IMG/VR virus record: IMGVR_UViG_3300005611_000026
Location: 1 to 58,714 of that record
DNA from: a virus
Taxonomy: Duplodnaviria > Caudoviricetes
Length of the DNA: 58,714 nt
Reading direction: 5' to 3' (one strand)
Positions 54,540-58,714 of the stretch are shown here, in pieces. The notes beneath the pieces were generated by a model. The model did not search any database. It had not been told where the DNA came from and saw only the letters and a program-made list of their open reading frames with translations. Position 1 is the first letter of the stretch; each line of letters opens with the position of its first letter. The translations under genes were made by a program, and so were the position numbers.

Positions 54540-55165
54540 GGGCGGAGCACATAGACTGCGGTTATGCCCCGATTCCAATCAGCGATCAGAAGCTAGAGCC
54601 TCAAGAGTTCATGTACTACCTGTACCTACCTATTAGCTTGAAGTATAGTTATGGGGTTTCCTTGCCGGATAGACTGAGGTTTGTTAACCCTCTGATCACT
54701 CTGGTTTGCCGAGACGCAGACTGGGTGGATAAGTATATTTATCTAACAGTTAAATCTATGTTTGTTGACTCTCAGTGTATAGGCAATCGTGGTGGGTGGC
54801 ATATAGACGGTTTTCAATCTAACGGGGATTTAAATTACATCTGGTACAGCGAAAACCCAACAGAATTTGCTGTGCAAGAGTTCGTAAATATACCGAATGA
54901 TGACGAGCAAAGCATGGTTGAAATAGAACAGCAAATAGATCATTCCAAGATAAAGACCTACCCCGCTGGCTGGCTTCTAAAACTTGATGAGGGTGTTGTT
55001 CATCGCGCAACACCGAACGCTAGAGCTTGCTTTAGAACCTTTATCAAGATAACGGTAAGCGACCATCAATTTAAAGGTTTTGGTAATAGCAGGAATTACC
55101 TTTTAGATTATGATTGGCCTGTAAGCAAAAGAAAGACTTTAGAGAGGAATTTAGATCATGGATAG
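54536..55165 (+). CDS. Putative 2OG-Fe(II) oxygenase-fold protein
   Basis: GGWHIDG (HxD) ... VVHRA ... RTFIKIT. Confidence 0.6.
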   Translation: MRAEHIDCGYAPIPISDQKLEPQEFMYYLYLPISLKYSYGVSLPDRLRFVNPLITLVCRDADWVDKYIYLTVKSMFVDSQCIGNRGGWHIDGFQSNGDLNYIWYSENPTEFAVQEFVNIPNDDEQSMVEIEQQIDHSKIKTYPAGWLLKLDEGVVHRATPNARACFRTFIKITVSDHQFKGFGNSRNYLLDYDWPVSKRKTLERNLDHG

Positions 55166-55493
55166 TGGATGGGTAGACAGTGAGCGCGGCGAGAAGCAAG
55201 CTTTGATAGAAAAGCCCTCAAAAACAATTTGGAAATATCAAATACCTGTTTTGGAGGTTTTTGAAGTAAATCTGCCGACTGGCGCAGAAATAATACGATT
55301 CGACAACGAGGGCGGCAAGCTTTGGTTGTGGGCGGTGGTCGAGCCTGACGCGCCAATCGAGCCTTTAACTTTGCGTGCATTCAAGACCGGCGCGGAAATG
55401 CCAGCCGATAAGGATCTTGAATATCTAGGTTGTGCTGCGATTTTCATACAGGCCGAGTTAATGCTTTACTATTTTATTGAGCAAGGCGCGTAG
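55158..55493 (+). CDS. Phage hypothetical protein
   Basis: TIWKYQI...LP.GAEII...LWAVVEP...KTG. Confidence 0.75.
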   Translation: MDSGWVDSERGEKQALIEKPSKTIWKYQIPVLEVFEVNLPTGAEIIRFDNEGGKLWLWAVVEPDAPIEPLTLRAFKTGAEMPADKDLEYLGCAAIFIQAELMLYYFIEQGA

Positions 55494-55495
55494 TG

Positions 55496-55654
55496 CTACT
55501 TATACCCGTAAACCTGATAATTACCCGCTGTAAAGTTGGCCCCTGTATCTGAGCTGAGCTGGATAATATCAAGCGCGGATGCTTGTGTATAAGAGCCAGC
55601 CGAAAGCCAAAAAGTATTAGTTGCGCTTGCCGAGCTGCTAGAGGTTATTGCCGA
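55496..55654 (-). pseudogene. Start-less remnant of an alternative tail fibre C-terminus
   Basis: Minus frame SAITSSSSASATNTFWLSAGSYTQASALDIIQLSSDTGANFTAGNYQVYGYK*. Confidence 0.55.
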
Positions 55655-55769
55655 TCAAACGGATAGTATCAGTCATGCCATCGGTCTAAACCTCTCAGAT
55701 TAACCTATTAGCGCAGGCTTTGAAGTGCTAGATGAAGGTGTAGGATTGATTATAGGCAAGCCGTTATAG

Positions 55770-57227
55770 CTACCACTCCGCCTCTATGCGTATTTGCATA
55801 TCTAGGGTCTGCGCTGTTGTGGCGTAATAACCTATCGCTATCGTGTTATCTATCGCTGCTGTGTCAGTGTATGACCCTATATAACCTCCGCCCTGTGAAT
55901 TGATAGCTTCTGACAGAATGCCTGTCCTTTGATCAGAGTCAGACAGCCCTAGGAACTGAACGGCTGCTGAGGAGGAGGATGTAGAGCCGGACAAAGGCTG
56001 CGTAAAACCAACAACCGAGGATTGCTGGCTTAACGTATCTGAATTTATACTTCTATTGTTATATTCAGATGCGCCTGTGCGCAAAACGCCATCTGTCCCC
56101 ACTCTTATATCTATCGTATTTGATGAAGGGGTAGCTGTCATTCGAGTTAAGTACACCTTAACAATTCTGGGTAGGTAAGGTATTTCTAGCTGTATATCTG
56201 GAGTAATACCTGTTACATATTGATCATATAAAATAAATCGATCACCGGCTTCAGGGATCTTATTAACAAATGAAGCTTCATTAAAATTAGTGTCAGCAAA
56301 GTTAGTTCGGAAAGTACCTACCAGTCTGTAATGCGTGAACCCTGTTGGCAGGGTTGGATTCGATGCCTGATCGGTAAAAAACGCATCATACGTTCCGTCT
56401 GCCTTGGTAATACCGTAAACGTAATACTGAGTATCAGCAGTTAGCGATACAGTTGATAATCTTCCGCCATTGCCCGAACCCTCGGCAAAGGCGCTCGCGC
56501 CCTTAATCCGAGCCAAGCCATTTATATTGACTTGATCGGATGAATCTCTAGCAACCCCGCTAGACACTAAAAACGTGCTAACCGATTGAAAGGAAAGCTC
56601 CATACCGGTTTTGTAGTCTTTGGGTAGCTGCTGGTGCGGCCTTATCCAATCTTTCTCACGGCTTACACTAGTGATAGATCCAGCATCGGTTACAACAGTG
56701 TAAAGTCTTGATGCCTCGCTACGGCTTGACGTTGTCTGTGAAACAACAGAGTCAGAGCGATAATCAACAAAAATATAACTGGTCTGGCTGGCTGGAAGCG
56801 TGAGAGATCCCGCTGCAATCGCGGTTAAAGTTCCGTCTGTGTTGTCGATTCGGCCTGAGGAATAGGCGAAATCCAAGCCGGATGAACTATCAGGATCATA
56901 ATCGAGATTGGTTAAAGTCGTACCGCCAGAGGACTGATTAGATAGTAAATCGGTCTCAAAAACATTTACATCATCCTGCGTGTCGATTAGAGCGCCTGTA
57001 GCAGTCTCTAGGCGGGTTGAGTATGACCCCTCTATAAATATCTGCGGGAATACGCCTGCGCCATCAGCGACCACAGGATTAGCGTGCTCGATGGTCTTAC
57101 CGCTATCCTGCCAAGTCGTTCTAGTATTGGTCGTGCCGTTGTCGTAGAAGTAACGCTTTGCACCCGCGTAGACGTTACCCTCTGTGTCAATTGCCTGATC
57201 AATGCCATTTGTGTATAGATTAGCCAT
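55770..57227 (-). CDS. Tailspike/tail fibre with P22-like head-binding N-terminal domain
   Basis: D.EGN..AGAKRYFY..GTT...HANPVVADGAG.FPQIF..GSY; PTLPTGFTHYRLVG; RBS GAGGT before ATG 57227. Confidence 0.8.
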   Translation of the reverse strand: MANLYTNGIDQAIDTEGNVYAGAKRYFYDNGTTNTRTTWQDSGKTIEHANPVVADGAGVFPQIFIEGSYSTRLETATGALIDTQDDVNVFETDLLSNQSSGGTTLTNLDYDPDSSSGLDFAYSSGRIDNTDGTLTAIAAGSLTLPASQTSYIFVDYRSDSVVSQTTSSRSEASRLYTVVTDAGSITSVSREKDWIRPHQQLPKDYKTGMELSFQSVSTFLVSSGVARDSSDQVNINGLARIKGASAFAEGSGNGGRLSTVSLTADTQYYVYGITKADGTYDAFFTDQASNPTLPTGFTHYRLVGTFRTNFADTNFNEASFVNKIPEAGDRFILYDQYVTGITPDIQLEIPYLPRIVKVYLTRMTATPSSNTIDIRVGTDGVLRTGASEYNNRSINSDTLSQQSSVVGFTQPLSGSTSSSSAAVQFLGLSDSDQRTGILSEAINSQGGGYIGSYTDTAAIDNTIAIGYYATTAQTLDMQIRIEAEW

Positions 57228-58714
57228 CAAATAAACCTCTGTAGGCTTCAAGTTTGTCTAGTTGCTCTTTCACTCGTGTTCGCCGTGATGCCTCTGTCAC
57301 CTTGCCTTTTGCAACAGTTTTTGCGGCTTCTTTCGCAACCTCAGTAACTATCCCTATAGACGGACTAGACTCAATCGCCGATGTGATCAAGCCTTTAAAC
57401 GCTGATTTCTTAGGATCAACAACGCTTAACTCGATATCCATTGCGGTCTCTGCAAGATCTATAAGCGAGTCGTTAAAACTAACGTTTTTCCCTGCGTCTT
57501 TAAGCGGAACAGGTAAAGGCCCGCCCGCTAACTTCTTGGCGGTGTCGTCAAGCCGTTTAAGGTTATCGAGTAGCGCAGCACGTGAGGCGGTGTTGCCAAA
57601 CAAGCGCCTAGTAAGCTGGCCTAGCTTTTGAGACCCTGAATCAGAAAGTAAATTGACCCGCTTGCCTGCCGATTCCTGAATACCATCTATTGCTTGACGA
57701 GTCTCACGGTAGAGGGTGTTGGCTTGGTCGTACTCAGGGAAGTTAGAATCTAAAATATCATCCAGATCGTGGCGAAGTTCTTTAAGGATTCTCGCTGCGT
57801 CACCTGTAAGACCTTTAGGCCCATCGCCGTAAGTGACATTATTATCAATGTATCGTTTAAGGCGGTGAACAGCGAGCGCGTTAGGCTCTTGCGTGTTTAG
57901 CATCCGATTGACTAAACGCTGAAGCGGGGCCTGTGCTTGACCCAATCCCTCAAAGTCAGAGCCGGAGAAATCGAGCCGCCCTGTTTCTGGATTAAAGCCT
58001 ATATCTCTGTCAGTAAGGTTTTTAACGAACGCGTCAACAGGCGCAGAAACATCAATAGATTTGCCGCGCAAACCCTGTGCAGCCGCCTCAATCGCCTTGC
58101 CTGCTTTCCTATTTTCCTGTAGAACAAACCTTATTCTGTCTGCGACACGCGCTCCAACAACATCAGAAGGAAGTCTATTACCCCCAGAGCGTCCAGAGCG
58201 AATAGTGGTATCAGCAATATCGAGCATCCGACGAATTTGTAAAACAGATTCATCACTAGCCGATCTGCTGACCGCGATAACTGAGTCCGGTAACTCGGCT
58301 TGTATGGCTCTTGTTTCTGCGGTGTTTCTAACCGCTTGTCCTGCGTCATTAAGCTGAAATCCTGCTGTGCTGGCAACATCTCCAGATTGAAACCCTTGGA
58401 GTGCTTGTCTGCGGCTAGGTAATACTTGCTTTATTGTATCAGGAGTTCGACTGACAGCCTCAGCCGCTTTGCCAACCACTTCAGGAAATTGGCTTACCAC
58501 CTCTGGAATGGCCTCTCCCGCTCTCTCTGCCGCATTGACCACAGACCTTCCAGCCCTAAGACCTAGGGCGCTTTCTACCAGTGTAGGCGCTGCTGTGCCG
58601 ATTGCGCCACCCACAGGGCCAGCGACAGCGTTCCCAGCGTCGCCCGCGCCTTGCTCTAAGGTTTGTTGTAGGTTTGCGAGAGCCGCAACAGGAGGCAAAG
58701 CAGCGAAGTCCTGA
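57220..58714 (-). CDS. Podovirus-type internal virion/DNA ejection-like protein, truncated at window end
   Basis: Ala-rich helical; HRLKRYID..V.YG, Y.QAN..Y; immediately upstream of tailspike; frame open to the edge. Confidence 0.6.
   Translation of the reverse strand, partial: QDFAALPPVAALANLQQTLEQGAGDAGNAVAGPVGGAIGTAAPTLVESALGLRAGRSVVNAAERAGEAIPEVVSQFPEVVGKAAEAVSRTPDTIKQVLPSRRQALQGFQSGDVASTAGFQLNDAGQAVRNTAETRAIQAELPDSVIAVSRSASDESVLQIRRMLDIADTTIRSGRSGGNRLPSDVVGARVADRIRFVLQENRKAGKAIEAAAQGLRGKSIDVSAPVDAFVKNLTDRDIGFNPETGRLDFSGSDFEGLGQAQAPLQRLVNRMLNTQEPNALAVHRLKRYIDNNVTYGDGPKGLTGDAARILKELRHDLDDILDSNFPEYDQANTLYRETRQAIDGIQESAGKRVNLLSDSGSQKLGQLTRRLFGNTASRAALLDNLKRLDDTAKKLAGGPLPVPLKDAGKNVSFNDSLIDLAETAMDIELSVVDPKKSAFKGLITSAIESSPSIGIVTEVAKEAAKTVAKGKVTEASRRTRVKEQLDKLEAYRGLFDG

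Overview
The window is entirely tailed-phage DNA and appears to be three different phages joined through one shared module. (A) 1-13975 is a siphovirus fragment: protease-capsid fusion, tail, M15 endolysin, Rad52-like/Gp157 early genes. (B) 13976-51714 is an apparently complete 37,739-bp siphovirus: NinG, RadC, a ParB/MTase/GNAT/PAPS-reductase cluster, terminase, portal, P22-like coat, tail, lipase, lysozyme, RecT, CsrA, Cro-like HTH, SSB; no integrase or CI was recognised. (C) 54352-58714 ends in podovirus-type tailspike and ejection-like genes on the minus strand. The segments meet at a 2,637-bp near-identical direct repeat (13976-16612 / 51715-54351). The main finding is that this repeat is an array of one-gene cassettes, each bounded by a TGTAC core between the upstream stop codon and the downstream ribosome-binding site. 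The left and right half-sites of these junctions occur in mixed combinations, which suggests a cassette-shuffling system shared between unrelated phages. A second finding is a phage-encoded CsrA together with ANGGA-loop hairpins over the Shine-Dalgarno sequences of several early genes and of csrA itself. All product calls are by eye from motifs and synteny; no searches were run. The three-phage junctions could be an assembly chimera.
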